From contig CM060734.1 of NCBI GenBank assembly GCA_030704615.1, positions 34,844,001 through 34,908,000 of the forward strand: a DNA stretch of 64,000 nt, read 5' to 3'. The notes beneath the pieces were generated by a model, which saw only the letters and a program-made list of their open reading frames with translations, searched no databases and was not told the DNA's origin. Each line of letters starts with the position of its first letter. Within the stretch, counting starts at the first letter, position 1. This stretch comes from Takakia lepidozioides. Lineage: Eukaryota > Plantae > Bryophyta. Below, one piece after another: positions 48,710-61,518 of this stretch. The translations under genes and the position numbers were made by a program.

Positions 48710-51700
48710 TCAACTTTCATCTGTTGACACCGAAGGAGCACCGGCAATGGTCTTGAGCTGTACAATGATAACACTCATATTGTCGCAGCCTTCAATGCCC
48801 ACAGTGCTAGGTGCCAAGCAGTGATCTAGGAGGGCCTCACAAATGTACGACAATGATTTGGCCTGCCATCCATGTTGGCGGATCATTATGTAGAGATATA
48901 GGGAGGGAAGGAACGATCACTGCTAGGTCCCAATTTGCATCTCATGGACGCAGCAGTACAAAGTGGGTAATCCTTCTAGCAAACCTACAGGGTGTAAGAA
49001 CTAATTACATAAGCACACATCAAACACATCCTGAGAGCCATCTTGAGCCATCCGAAGCTCTTCTACGATTCATCAACAGCAAGGAGGGCATCAATGTATG
49101 CATAGAAAACCAAACACAAAACTGACATAACCCCTTTGGACACTACAAAACTGGAGGGATAAAATCCATACCATTGGAAGTTGCTGATGCACAAAGTTGA
49201 CCACACCTTGACTAGACATTACATCCCTGTTTCCAGCCAATCAAAATAGAGCTGATGATAAGAAATCCTCTTGGCTACTCTTGCCTACTCCTGGATTACT
49301 GCTGTGCCACCAACCATTGCTTAATGAAGACACAAGTTGAGCAGAAAGGAGAAATTCTTTGGGTATTCAATGCCGGCCTTCAAATATGCAATGTGGCAGA
49401 CACAGCCCCGCCCACTCCATACCATAAGCTTTCTCTATCTTGTTTCTCCTTATCCAACACAGATTTTGTGTGAGTGCTTAACTTAATGCATACATGGCAC
49501 AGGGGATAGAGGGGATATACCAGATTCCGTCACAGGCCAGTACTAAGAACTCATCACCATCTTGAAGTTCAACCTGTCACAATAACCCAATAACCCCCAG
49601 AAGACAAAACAACAATCAATACCCCCAGCACCCACTCCTGAACAGGCCATAAACAGATGTCGGATACAGTGTTTATTTGAAAGTCAAAGCCTGTACCAGA
49701 CTGGAAAACTCACTGGGTTTGCAACAATGATGTAATCTACAACATTATTGCAGATGTGGTCAAGGCGGCAATTGCTCCCATAAATTTTATTGTTTGTGTC
49801 ATTCTCCCTTTCGTAAGGCCAGCCAAACAGAGGGAAACCTTGTCCAGAGACCTCATGTACAATGTGCAGATCTGTAATTCAGCTTAACTTGTGCAGTAGG
49901 GTCCTGATAAAACTCATACTGCACAAATATAACACACCAATGTCCTGCAGACAGGTTCTTTCACTCTGGGCCCACCCTTGACCTGATGAACATCTCTGCA
50001 TTTCTTTCTCACTCTTGCAACCAGCAAATAGTGAGCAAAGAAAGTAAGCAAGAAACAGCATAGAGGGTACCCACATGTTTCAAATCAGGGAAGGCAGTCA
50101 CAATCTGCTTTTCAGGAGACAAAGCCTGACACTTGAACTCTATGTCACCTGCATTCACATATTTACTCAACCAATTGAGTTTGCAACAACTAACATTGAG
50201 GCTGAAGGAGGCTGGATTTAGACAGTGTCTCCATTCAACAGGTTGTCCACATAACAAAAAGTTCCTCTCAAGTACAGAACACTTTCTGATTCATTGAAAC
50301 TCTACTCATACTCCTATGTGTATCATCCCCACAGAAAGGTCTGCAGGTGGTCTCCCCCTCCACATGGTCAGAAGTAAAATAGAGTGACACACAATGGCAC
50401 AAACATACTCTAAAGAAAACTTGCAAATCAAAGAAAGCATTATCCAACAAACCCATGCACAGTTTCTTCCCCTGGGAAGTCACCGTATCACAACTCACCT
50501 ATGGCTCTAGTGAGATTCAGACTGCCATTAACGCGCCCACCATGAATGAATCCACCAGCCATCAGAATCCTTCCTTTCTCATGCTCTAGCTCCGGCTTGT
50601 GATCTATAGACAAATCGACTGCCTGTTGAGTTCAGAAAGCCACAAAACGCTGGATCACTGACCACACACTAGCACAATTTGTCCAGTTTATGTGCCATCA
50701 CCCTTTTACCAATCTAACCTGGCACTTTTCTCTCTCCCCAGCAGAAGAAGCTATGTACTATACCTTGCCATGGCGGGACATGATACAGCGTGAGTCGCCA
50801 GCGTTGGCCACCACTACATAGTTACCATGAATCAGTGCTACCACTGCTGTGCTCCCTGACGTTGGCCCCTCAAAGTCTGAATGTGGACCCTACAGTCAAC
50901 CACAAACGTGCATGAAACAGCAATGCGACAGATACATGAGTCTGTAGCCTTGCAACATAACACATTCCTGGAATCAAAAGAAATACACTTTGCCAACTCC
51001 AACTCCAACTCCCTGGGCACCTTAACTGGATGCTCCACCTTTTTGTTCCTGGTAACTCTGGCCCTAGCAACCGTGCAAAGGAGACCCTGGCTGTAGGGTG
51101 GGGTTGAATCATTATGTAAAGGGTCTTCCTACCCTCTTGCAGAGCACTGAAGTTCACATTGATAGAATACCTCTGTACTACAAATTCACATGAATGTCGT
51201 TTTCTGGGGCTGGTGTGGCAATGGCGTTACGAGATCTCTTCCGGAGTCTTAAATCGCCATTGTTTCACTACATTGGACAGGCTAGCTCTGTGCAGATCTC
51301 AATTCAGGGGAAATGTTTTCTTTCACATTTCTCCCAGGGTAAAGAAGCTTTAGATAGAAAAAATGGAAGGCCGGCAATCATCTTCATAACCCCTACTGCA
51401 CATGTTAGCCTTCTGCAGTGGTAGTGACCACCATGACACCTCTTCCGTTTCCACGTCTTTCCCATTTTATGATACTTCAAAACACTGGGTTTATGGCCAC
51501 AAGCTACTGCAAGCAAAGTGTACTGAAAGTGAACCTATAGATGGAGATAGGTTCACACCTCTACAGCATCCCAATCAGCATCATCAGTTTCCATGGGTCT
51601 ACCATTACTGGAGTCATTCCCATCAGGACCCCTAGCTGCCATTGGCTGGCCATGGACGCTGTCCCACATGCCACCAAACTTGCTTCCCTTCTCTCCAAAA

Positions 51701-53060
51701 ACCGCAAGCTCCCTCCACCCTCGCTCGCCCCTCATCATCCCATCCATACTGATGGCCGAAATGAACCACAGGGAACTCAGTGTTTAATGAAACAGAACAG
51801 TCAAAGAAATTTATATATCAACACTACTCATTTGTAACTTAGAAGCAACTAGTACCACAGCAGGTAACTAGTTGGGGGGCTTTTGATGTGAGAAAGCTCC
51901 GGCAAGTTCAGAGCATGGTTGCACACAGAAGAGAAAGATAATGTACCTCCTAACTTTGCTTACCAGCGGACATAGATCCCATCCCTGTTTGGATGGGGAA
52001 CAACCAGGGAGAAAGGGGGTAGGGCAATGTGGGGAGCAAAAAGAAGGCTACCCATCGTGGAAAAGTAACTGCAGAAGTCAGACCTACCTTTGAAATAAAG
52101 GTGATCTGGCCTTTACAGACTGGCTCCAGATCGCCCTTTATTATGGCATGCACTTGAGGTGGAAATTCAAGATTCACCCCACAGCTCAGATCCAAGAACA
52201 GCCCTTTCAGCTTGTCATGAGCCTCAGATGGAGTAAAAAATAGGTGCAGTGATGATCTAAAGCATGCAAAAGAGCATCTAGCTTGGAAGAATACCAACCA
52301 TATTGCATCAAAAGACATCCATTATCTTCACCATTATGCCAACTGATCAGGCATATGACTCTGGTACTCTTAGCCAGTTAAGTTACTGGTCTGGAGGTAA
52401 TTGGACTCTTGTTGGTTTGCATTTAGCCTTACTGCCAATACTGGCCAGACTCAAATATAGGAGAGAGGAAGTACTCACAATATTTGAGTCCAGCCTTCCT
52501 AGCCTTCTCAAATGTAGGAGAGAGAGAAAATGAATGTCCTCGTAAGATAGTGTTTGCTGTAGCCTTGTGGCCATGGGCCTCTGCCCAGTTTGAGCAGAAC
52601 AAGAGGGAACAGACACTACCTTTGAGAGGGGCTCACTCCAGTAGAGGGACTTACCTTTGTGTAAACAACTGGTTTGGGATTTCCTCTAGAAAGCCCTTCA
52701 CACCTTGTGTGTGTAAACTGCCCATCAACTAGACCCTAACAGGACCAGGCTTTAGGCCCAGCCTTGAGCTTTTGAAAAGTTGGTGAACAGAGGTGCAGGG
52801 ACTATGTTCTCGATGGTCCTGAAGAGGGTTGCTCTCTGATGAGAATAACCCGGACATTGTATCAGAATATGGATATTTCTTCAGGCTGCCCGCACATCGG
52901 ACATGGACAATCTCCCTTGCCTCGTTGCATCTGTTTATTGATCAAAGATAGACTCCTTGCCCTGAGTTTAAATTTCAATCTAGTGCCAAGGGTAGGTAGG
53001 TCCTTCAGATCACCCGTGTCACAAGAAACAAGTTCAGAGAAGTCTTATGCCTAGCTGTGA

Positions 53061-53091
<31 letters not shown>

Positions 53092-55807
53092 GGAAGTAGC
53101 AATCAGCTTAGAACAAGCTGAATGGACAACACGTGTAAGCCCAAGCCCGTTTATATCTGATCAATGGTACAAAAGCCAAAGCCTAAATTCATAGCTGTCA
53201 AAATGAATATAATCAATAATATTGAACGATAATAGCTAACCACACGTCCACATGGAGGGTTGAGTGCGATAGAGCTTCAGCTACAAGACCCATAGATGTT
53301 CAGGGTAGAAGTGATGCCTCACCTGGATCCAGTACAGCCAACCACCAAAACAAAAGGTTAGTGGAATTCCACGCTTAAAGCATCACCCACTTGTTATCAA
53401 TGTCAACCAAGAACAAGTATGAGAGCATAGCAAGCAAAGCAATTTAAAGCTAAAATAGGTGAGTGTCTAGCTGCACCTGAGTGTTGTGAGGTTGGGGTGT
53501 CATGTTTGCCATAAGCAGCACTGTGATCTAATATCGGAAATTGCAGGCAAAGGCATACTCCCTCAGCATTATATGCCTGAGAGTAATGTGTCACCGACAT
53601 TCCATAAATGGTATCCATGGACTCTTAGCCATATGATTGGGGCTGCATGTAGTGATCTTAGAGAGGTGCCTAGTTTTTAGGAACGTCACTACCTGCCATT
53701 GACATTGCTTGAGAGCCAAGTGGCTGGAATTCAGAAATGCCACTGCCGTCATTGATGTTACTTTTAGAGCCAAGTGGCTGGTTCATTAGGAGTGCCACTG
53801 ACTCACCTTTATAAAGAGTCACGTGGTTGATACTAACACTACTCCACAAATTGTGGAGGTTGTTGGTGAGTAGGTCAAGAAGAAAAGGAATGCATGCAGC
53901 TCTGACGGAAAGATTAGTCAAAGTTCCTTTCAATGAGCCATGCAGTTTTCAACACTAGATTACGAGACAGAGAGAGAGATTACCGTAAAAATGCGTGTTC
54001 AAGACTTCCACCAAAATCGCCCCGTGCATATGCTGGAGACTTCAAGACTTGCTTGTGCAAATGTTTGGCACAGAATTTTGATACAACCGTTCCTACAATA
54101 TTCAATTTTCACATGTGCATGTGTGTGAGAGGAAAAGGAAATGAACAAGCTGTATATTCCAATTCAATCAACCCACTGCATACAAAATCTCATTCCATTT
54201 TCATTTCTGTTTCTCAGACAGGGAGCTCTCCCTCCTACTTAGTTTGTTCTCATTTGCACAGAAATTATTGAACTCCACAGAAAGGGCCAAGAAGCCCATA
54301 CCAAATACAAGTCACGCACCTCCATGACCATCATACACTCCAAAGAACGAAGTGTTTGTATCCAAGTCCAGAATTGCAGCATGCTGCACAGGGTTTCCCC
54401 CATAACAATTCAGAAGATTTAAAAATCTCCACATACAAATGGGATTAAATATTCACACCCACTAGATTATTAGGCATTATGTCAGGAGTGCTTAACCAAC
54501 ACGGACGCAGAAGAACAGATATCCCATCTAAGAAAATCCCATCACAGGGGGACTGAGGGTCGAAGAGCTCCACTGTACTTCTGGCTCCCTTGGTCAACTT
54601 GCAGCAAGCTATGTCTGGCCTGCCCCCATAAACTCACGGACAGTTGAGACAACCCGTGAGAACTCGAAAAAAACACTGGAGTGCTTTCCCTCCAACCCAG
54701 TGCGGGTGACATGGTTTTTTCCAGAGAGATTATTACAAGGACTGCCCTCAACAATCAAATCGAACCCATTGTACTTCCTAACAAGGTTGAATAAATCTCC
54801 CCGTCTCATGGAGGTTACGTCATGAAAACTCTGGTCGAGAACACCGGTCTGCTTGCTGGCTGCCCACCAAGCCTGAATGCAACGACGGGTACCTTCAATG
54901 ATCTCAATAGAAACCACTACCTTGAGCTTTATGCCTAACTTGTGGAGGGCTATCTCTGCCCCCCCAATCCCTGAAAATAGCGATAGCACCTTGATGCCAC
55001 CTGGGTAGAGTTGTCGTAGCACTGAGAAGTGAAATGCAACTGTGTATACAGAGAAGCTGTTCCCCAACGCTGCAAACCGTGCACTTGAATTGAAGTTTGC
55101 CCGCGTGGGACCGGAAGTTCTCCAAGAGAGTGCCTCGAAGGATTGGGTTTGGCAGCATGGTTGAATCATGTGAGGGCCTCAGTCCAGTACTGGATATACC
55201 ATGATATAATTACTTTGTTCGGGTTTTCCAGATTTCCACTACAAAGCCCTTCGCACAAGCATCAATTTGCTGTGTGTGATCTGCCCAGCAGTTAGACCCC
55301 AACAGGGCCAGGGCGGTTCAGCCTTCAGATTTCAAGGTTGGTGAACAGAGGAGCAGGGACTATGTTCTTGATGTACCAGAAAAGGGCTTGCTCTCTGATG
55401 AGAATACTCCGGACATTGTATCAAAATATATTGTCTTCAGGCTGCCCGCATATTGGGCATTAACAATCTCCCTTTCCTCTATGCATCTTTTTTGTTGTTC
55501 AAAGTAGACTCCCAGCCCTGAGTTTAAATTTCAGTCAGTGCCGCACTTAGGTAGGCCCTTCAGGTCATCCTCAAGGTCCCCACCCATATCACAGACTGGA
55601 AACAAGTTCAGGGAAGTGTCTAAGGCTTGAAGAAGATCCGAACAAAACCAAGTTCAGAATAAGTGCAGCAGAGGTAGAGCAGAGACTCACAGCATCTTCC
55701 ATGCTTTCACGCCAGCCTTGCATCGCAGATGCTCCAAACCGGATCTGTTCATTCTCCCCATCTTCAGACTCCTTATCAGTTTGTGGGGTGCTGAGGTAAA
55801 TTCCCAT
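48710..55807 (-). CDS. Protein phosphatase 2C (MG-N-terminal PP2C, clade-I-like), 10 coding exons
   Basis: Exons 55807-55691, 54383-54320, 54092-53984, 51748-51559, 50889-50764, 50622-50499, 50148-50075, 49573-49521, 49226-49172 and 48862-48710. Motifs [56 protein letters not shown] and GCDNMS. Probable 5' UTR exon near 56168-56267. Confidence 0.93.
52730..53012 (-). mobile_element. Non-LTR retroelement 3' fragment (C-terminal CCHC zinc finger), copy in PP2C coding intron 3
   Basis: Frameshifted translation [26 protein letters not shown]. About 280 bp homologous to 55293-55570. Confidence 0.7.
54609..55110 (-). pseudogene. C-terminal half of a DRM-type (domains rearranged) cytosine methyltransferase nested in PP2C coding intron 1
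   Basis: Open frame [22 protein letters not shown] (motif X), [20 protein letters not shown] (motif I), VVSIEI (II), DVTSM (III), [13 protein letters not shown] (IV, catalytic PC), [16 protein letters not shown] (V), then a stop. Motifs VI-IX, the target-recognition domain and UBA domains are absent. Confidence 0.88.
55293..55570 (-). mobile_element. Non-LTR retroelement 3' fragment (CCHC zinc finger), copy in PP2C coding intron 1
   Basis: CPICGQPED...QCPEYSHQR remnant with stops and frameshifts. Homologous to 52730-53012. Confidence 0.7.
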
Positions 55808-57170
55808 CTTGACTCACATGCAATCCAATTGATGGCCGAAAACACTTTCTGGAAAGACCCAATCAATATGGCTTGCTTGGAAAACCGTGGAACCAAGTGG
55901 AAGCCAAGCACTGGAACACCTGGATGGAGACACAGTATAATATCTTTGTTATTGAAAGTGCACTTCTATTCAAGCTTGCAAGTCAAACAAAACAACCCAA
56001 ATCAGACTGGTAGTTGGATCTCCACTTTTAAACACCATTTTCATTGTGAAGCCATAAATGACAAACCAACTTACCAGTGACATGCTACGTTATTCAAAAC
56101 AGTTGGAGAAAACTGTTGAGAATCCCAACACCCCTGGTGGATTGAGCCATAGTTGGTGGCATCTTACCATGCGACCTCAACTCTGGTGAGACCTGAGCTT
56201 GCAGCTTATCTGAACCTCTTTCCCAAAGATATCCCGGGCGGTGATGTCCAAACTAAGTAGCAAGGTAACTGTGCAAAATTTGCTGAATTGCAGGAGTTCA
56301 AATGTTTGCCAAATCTGTCTTGATAATACCAAAATAATTCAATAACTAATTTAAAGCATACCTAGCATATGCACCACGATCCAGTAGCAAAACAACATGT
56401 ACTCTAGGATTCTACGGGCAGTTTATCAGCAACTTAACGTGAAAATCCCGGCCTGCGCCAACCGCACCATGAGTGAATAATCTATATACTTCTTTATAGA
56501 GGATTTGCTAGCCTCGTGATCCCTCTTTCTAGACAAAAAGAAAATGCAATGTCACCTTGGAAGACGACCGCCAAATCAAGGCGTATAAACCGGCGTCGGT
56601 TCACGACTCAAAAAGAAACAGGCGCCTCCGCACGGACCCTCCATCCTTGGAACCATATCCCATAATGGAACTCCCTTCCGCCACTGATGTCCTTGCCCTT
56701 CTCGCTGCATTCATAGAGAATGCTTTGTTGCACGATATGTTGAGGGGAGACAAGTATGGAACTGAGTAATAAGGCAGTGGTCAAAGCATGAAGACAGAGA
56801 GAGCAAACGAGACAGCGGCCATGCGATCGGCAGACATCAAGCAGCTCAAAAAACACAAAATAGAAACTGACTGATGAAACCACCTTTGCTTCACCCTAAT
56901 CTTGCCTACTTACTACCTACTATCTCGACAGCTCGGACAATGTGATTATTTGTCCCTGTCAGGACGACATGGATGAACGTCCACGTCCCTCTTTTTGCAT
57001 GAACAGAACATGGCGATGGACGAATAGATGACCCGCTGCCACCTGGATCTCATGCTTTGACTACACACCTGTGTCCGGCGCCCGGAGCCCCGACCCGGTT
57101 GAGGCCCGGGACCCGGGATTTCACACATGCAGGACGCACGTGTGTATCCACAGAGAGAGAAGGACCATAC

Positions 57171-57923
57171 CAGTGTTGGTCTGGTATCTGGGTTTCGCCG
57201 GGTATCAACTGGGTCTCTCCTACTGTTCTCTGTTCCCCCTAAACATTTGTAGTACCCTACCAGAAGGTTCTCGAGTTTTCCCCCCCCCCCCCGGGCGGCG
57301 GTCCCCCAAAACCCTACCAGAAGGTTCTCGAGTTTTTTCCCCCCCCCCCCCCCCCCCGGCGGCGGTCCCCCAAAACCCTACCAGGCGGCGGTTCGGGTTC
57401 TTGTTTCCCCTGCCCCTACCAGAGCTCGACTCCTTGCTACAGGTCAGGTCTGTTCGGGTATCATATTAATATGCACATATGTATAGACATTATGGATGCA
57501 GGGTTTCATTATGAGCGCCTCTTTATGATCTTCATTTTGCGAGACACTATGGATGCAATTCTGATTCAGTGTATAGTTGTATGGGGGTTGGTATCCTATG
57601 AGATGAGCAACTTTCCTATGTGGTTTTCTTGATTAGATCAGATGGCCATTTTAATATTGAATTTGAATTTGAATACTAGTACCATTTTTATTTTATTATT
57701 TTTTAATACCATGTCCGAGTTCATATTTCTAGGTTATTGACAATCAGATACCACTGCTCATATCCGGATTGATTTTTTTTTAAAACCACTCTATGCATAC
57801 AAGATTCATACTTGAAAAAATCAGGGGATGCATTATTGGAAAACCTACCTGCCTTAAAAAAATTCAGCACTGCATACCAGGACCCTTCTGGTATTTCCAA
57901 TTCAAGATACCAGACCAACACTG
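57171..57923. mobile_element. hAT-family MITE with perfect TIRs and an 8-bp TSD
   Basis: 19-bp TIR CAGTGTTGGTCTGGTATCT at both ends. TSD GACCATAC at 57163-57170 and 57924-57931, with a third copy at 57932-57939. Internal tandem units ACCCTACCAGAAGGTTCTCGAG-(T)n-(C)n. Confidence 0.92.
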
Positions 57924-58014
57924 GACCATACGACCATACTCGCTTGGCTCGGCAAAGAATAGCAACGAGAGAGAGAGAGAGTAAGTTAGGTAGGGAGAGT
58001 GTTGCGTTGTGGAC

Positions 58015-61000
58015 ATGGCCACCAGGGTTGGGCGCATGTTGCGCCGTCCGTTGTACGCTAGTCTTGTTCGCAGTTGTGGCTTGTCAGCTCCGCTTGCCAC
58101 TGGACGCCCTGCTTCTGCTTCGTCAGCTTCGCATGTTTTGTGTCATAACGACTCGCCTCAGCACACATTTCAGCAATTAGGTTTGAGAAATCCAGGCCGA
58201 TTCTTCGCCGCAGAGGCTGGTAAGTGAGGGCATAGCTCCCGATTTCTGCTTGATGCCAGGCCTTTGCAGGATGTTGACCTTGTCAGTATCATCATCTCTC
58301 AAAATGAATGAATACAATGGTATGGCGGAATGTTGGATTTTCGGATTTTGAGATGGCGGGAGATCAGTAGTGGGCAGTTAACAATAATGCATATGTGAAT
58401 CAGAAGTATGGCTAGCATATTCAATACGTACGTAGTAATCAGATTAGATTGCTTGCAGAATTACTTGCTGTAATCTCTCCGAGGTGCCCGGATCAATTCA
58501 ACTTAGAGCATGTGGCGTTATGTTACAAAGGCGTTGAAATTGTAACTCTACTGATTTTGACATCAGTATGGATGTGGTAGTTGAAAAATTAGTAGACTAA
58601 ATTGTGAGCTCTGGCTGATGGCTGTTGGTTGCTTGTTTCGAGGAAGGTGAAGCATCCGCCCGATCCAGAGTTGTACCAGTCACCTCCTCCTCACAATTTG
58701 ATGACTTGCTGAAGGAAGCAAAAGGTAGGTGTTATTCTCTTCTCTATCATAGAAAAATGTTCCGGTAGTTGAATCCAATCATCACATTCTAGACTCGCCC
58801 TGGAAGCATGGATGTAAATTGTTTCATGCGTTGTTGTGATGTTTATTTAACCAGGGAGAGTGCTCTGCCAAGAAAGGTTGCAACCCATAGACTCTGCAAT
58901 GATATATGGCTTATTTGGTTGATTCTGTTAGGCCTGGTCAGGGTCTTGGGTTTAAGGTTTTAGTGGAATTCATTGAAACTGCAAAGCAAGGAATTGCGGT
59001 GCTTACATTTTCATTGAATCTTTTGAGAAGTGTCTTCTGACGTAATCTGAAAACCTCTCACATCCCAGCAAAATCTGCAAATGTGGGGCTGCACATCAAG
59101 GGAATATGTTTCTCGCATGTGCAGTGAGATTGCATTCTCTCTGACCTTCTACTTCATTCACATAGCTTGTATCTTATGCCTGAAGGCATTATTCCAGTCT
59201 GTTTGGAATTGGCATGGCAACATTTTGGAGGCTGGAACTTTGGGGGTTTTTCATTTTGCTACATAGGCCTGAACCCCGATCATTGAATACTACTACACAG
59301 CTCTGGACGTTGAACCAAGCAAGTCCACCATAACCATATCAATGTTATGATCCATTCAGCAGTGTGAGAGGTAAGAACTTGTGGCACCTTCTAAGGAAAG
59401 GTTTGCTGCAAAGTGTTCACAAGATCTTGAGTGAAGTTGACTTCTGTTAAAGTGAGCCTCCACTGGCTTGAACAAGGGCGTCTTATGGCAAACCTTGAAC
59501 CCTAATCTTTCATTCTTGCTAATTCAAAATTGCCTGTTGTACAATTACTCGTCGAAGGGTCTCATTACCAACTTCAACTGCTAGCCCTTTTATGGTCTGT
59601 ACCTCTCCTGGTGGCATCTACAGGGCCCACAGCTCTCGTTTGAATGCAAACAGGTATGTAAATGTCTAGTGAGGCTGAGCATGCACATGAAGATAATTGA
59701 CGATCTCTACAGGTAATAAGGAGCTTGCGGTGGTCTACTTCACTGCCAAATGGTGTGGCCCTTGTAAGTCTGCTGGTCTCCTTACTCTCAGTTTGGAAGA
59801 GCACTAGGCATGAACGGCCCAGTCTTACTGCCTTGCCTTTTGATACATGTGGCTTTCTTTGACATAGTTCTGCCAATCAGAAGAGAAAATTTAGTTGTAC
59901 CTTATTAAGCCTGTTAGTGGCTCTCCTATCATTTGAATAGTGTCTCTAGTTGTGGGTTTAATTATTCGGAAGATATGATTGCAAGCACTATCTTAAGTTC
60001 AGTTGTGATGCTTGCCATATCTGCGAACGTCCGTGATTTGGAAAGGATAAGGGCTGAATTCTAAATTAATGGCCTTTGAGGCTACTCCTTTTCGATGTCA
60101 CTTGGGCTCAATATCCTGACTTTGACAGGTTTTGGCTAGCTTGGAAAAACACAAAAAAATTATTTGATGGACTAATCTGGATGGCCTGAATTTGCAGGCA
60201 GGCACATATCACCCGTAGTGGATCGCCTAAGTGATGAATTCGATGATGTGAAGTTTCTCAAAGTTGATCTTGATGAAGTATTTTCTCGTCTCACTTTGTG
60301 TTGCTTCAAGTGTGTACTGGAGAGAAGTGAGTGACGCCATGTTGGTTTTTGAATTTTTTCCACATGGAAGCCTGCCTACTGTGACATTGGGTTCCAGGTG
60401 CATCAAAGAGAGGTGGACCTGTGTTTAGTTCTGGTTGTGGGAGACCAACAACAATGGAGTGGAACCATTTGAACTCCACGTCACTGCTATGACCATCCAT
60501 TGTGGAATGAAAATTACCCAGTTCTTGGAATGAAGGGGTGGAACTTTCTTGTTTCATTGAAAACCTAATGCAAAAGCCTCAAAGCTTGAGGGTCACCACT
60601 GTGTTAAGTCCATGGGTTGCTAGCAATCAGCCTAAATGGAGACTCAATGTGATGAGTACAGTTTTGAGTTTCCTGATGTCTGTGCCCCTTTTCTCTTCGT
60701 AAGCAACCTTGTACCGTTGCGGAGGTTGTTAGTTAGTGACATATATGTGACCTAATATCCAATGTGAATGCCCTGATATTCAAGGTGCTCACTATGGTTG
60801 CCTGGTGCCTTGACTCCTTTTATCAAAAGCAGCAGCACATTCTTGCTTTGTCATGTCTAGAGGGTCATACATGTGGAGATGGAAAATGGGAGGGGTCCCC
60901 TGTCTCTTTAGTGTTGAATGCAGTTGTATGATGATAACAGGTGTTGCCTTTCTGTCTTGGTTATACAGCCAGAGCTGCAAACAACAGTCAACGCTGCAGG

Positions 61001-61518
61001 CATAACTGCTGTGGTATGTACCTCTGCTCACTTTGGGAGATATTGAGAATTTTCAGTAGAAGGCTCTCAAAAGTTAGTAGACTATTTGCTCTTTCAATTG
61101 TGTATAAAAGGAGGTGGCGGTCAGAGAATGGTATACTTTGCTTGCCATATGTATCGGACGTAGTAAAGGGTTTACAGTGGATTGTCCCAGTATTATACCC
61201 ATAGCCCAACTGTTGCACCCGTCGGTTTTTTGGAGGAAGAGAGTGCATGTGTTCTACGAGTATATGTGCGAGCGTTTGAGGGGGGAAGACCTATTTGTAT
61301 GACTACTGGTGTCCTGCTCATATTTGGCCTGTGAGGAAGAAACACGACGAAACTTATGTGTATACTCATCTCACTCAATCTTGTTTTGGCTCGTACAACT
61401 ACAGCCGACCTTCCATTTTCATAGGGCAGGGAAGCTGCTATCACAGATCACTGGAGCAGATTCAACCAAGTTGAAGTCAATGGTGACCGACCTCCGGTAC
61501 AATATCCCTAAAGAATGA
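58015..61518 (+). CDS. TRXo: Thioredoxin o-type (mitochondrial) precursor, 6 coding exons
   Basis: Exons 58015-58219, 58647-58724, 59713-59763, 60198-60277, 60969-61013 and 61405-61518. Arg/Ser-rich presequence MATRVGRMLRR, active site YFTAKWCGPCR split by an intron, FLKVDLDE, TAVPTF. The end of the last exon is uncertain. Confidence 0.9.

Noticed and set aside
52730-53012. Intronic snoRNA, RNase MRP or telomerase RNA (suggested by the duplicated intronic segment)
   Set aside because: No convincing C/D, H/ACA, P4 or template motifs. The segment translates to a decayed retroelement CCHC finger.
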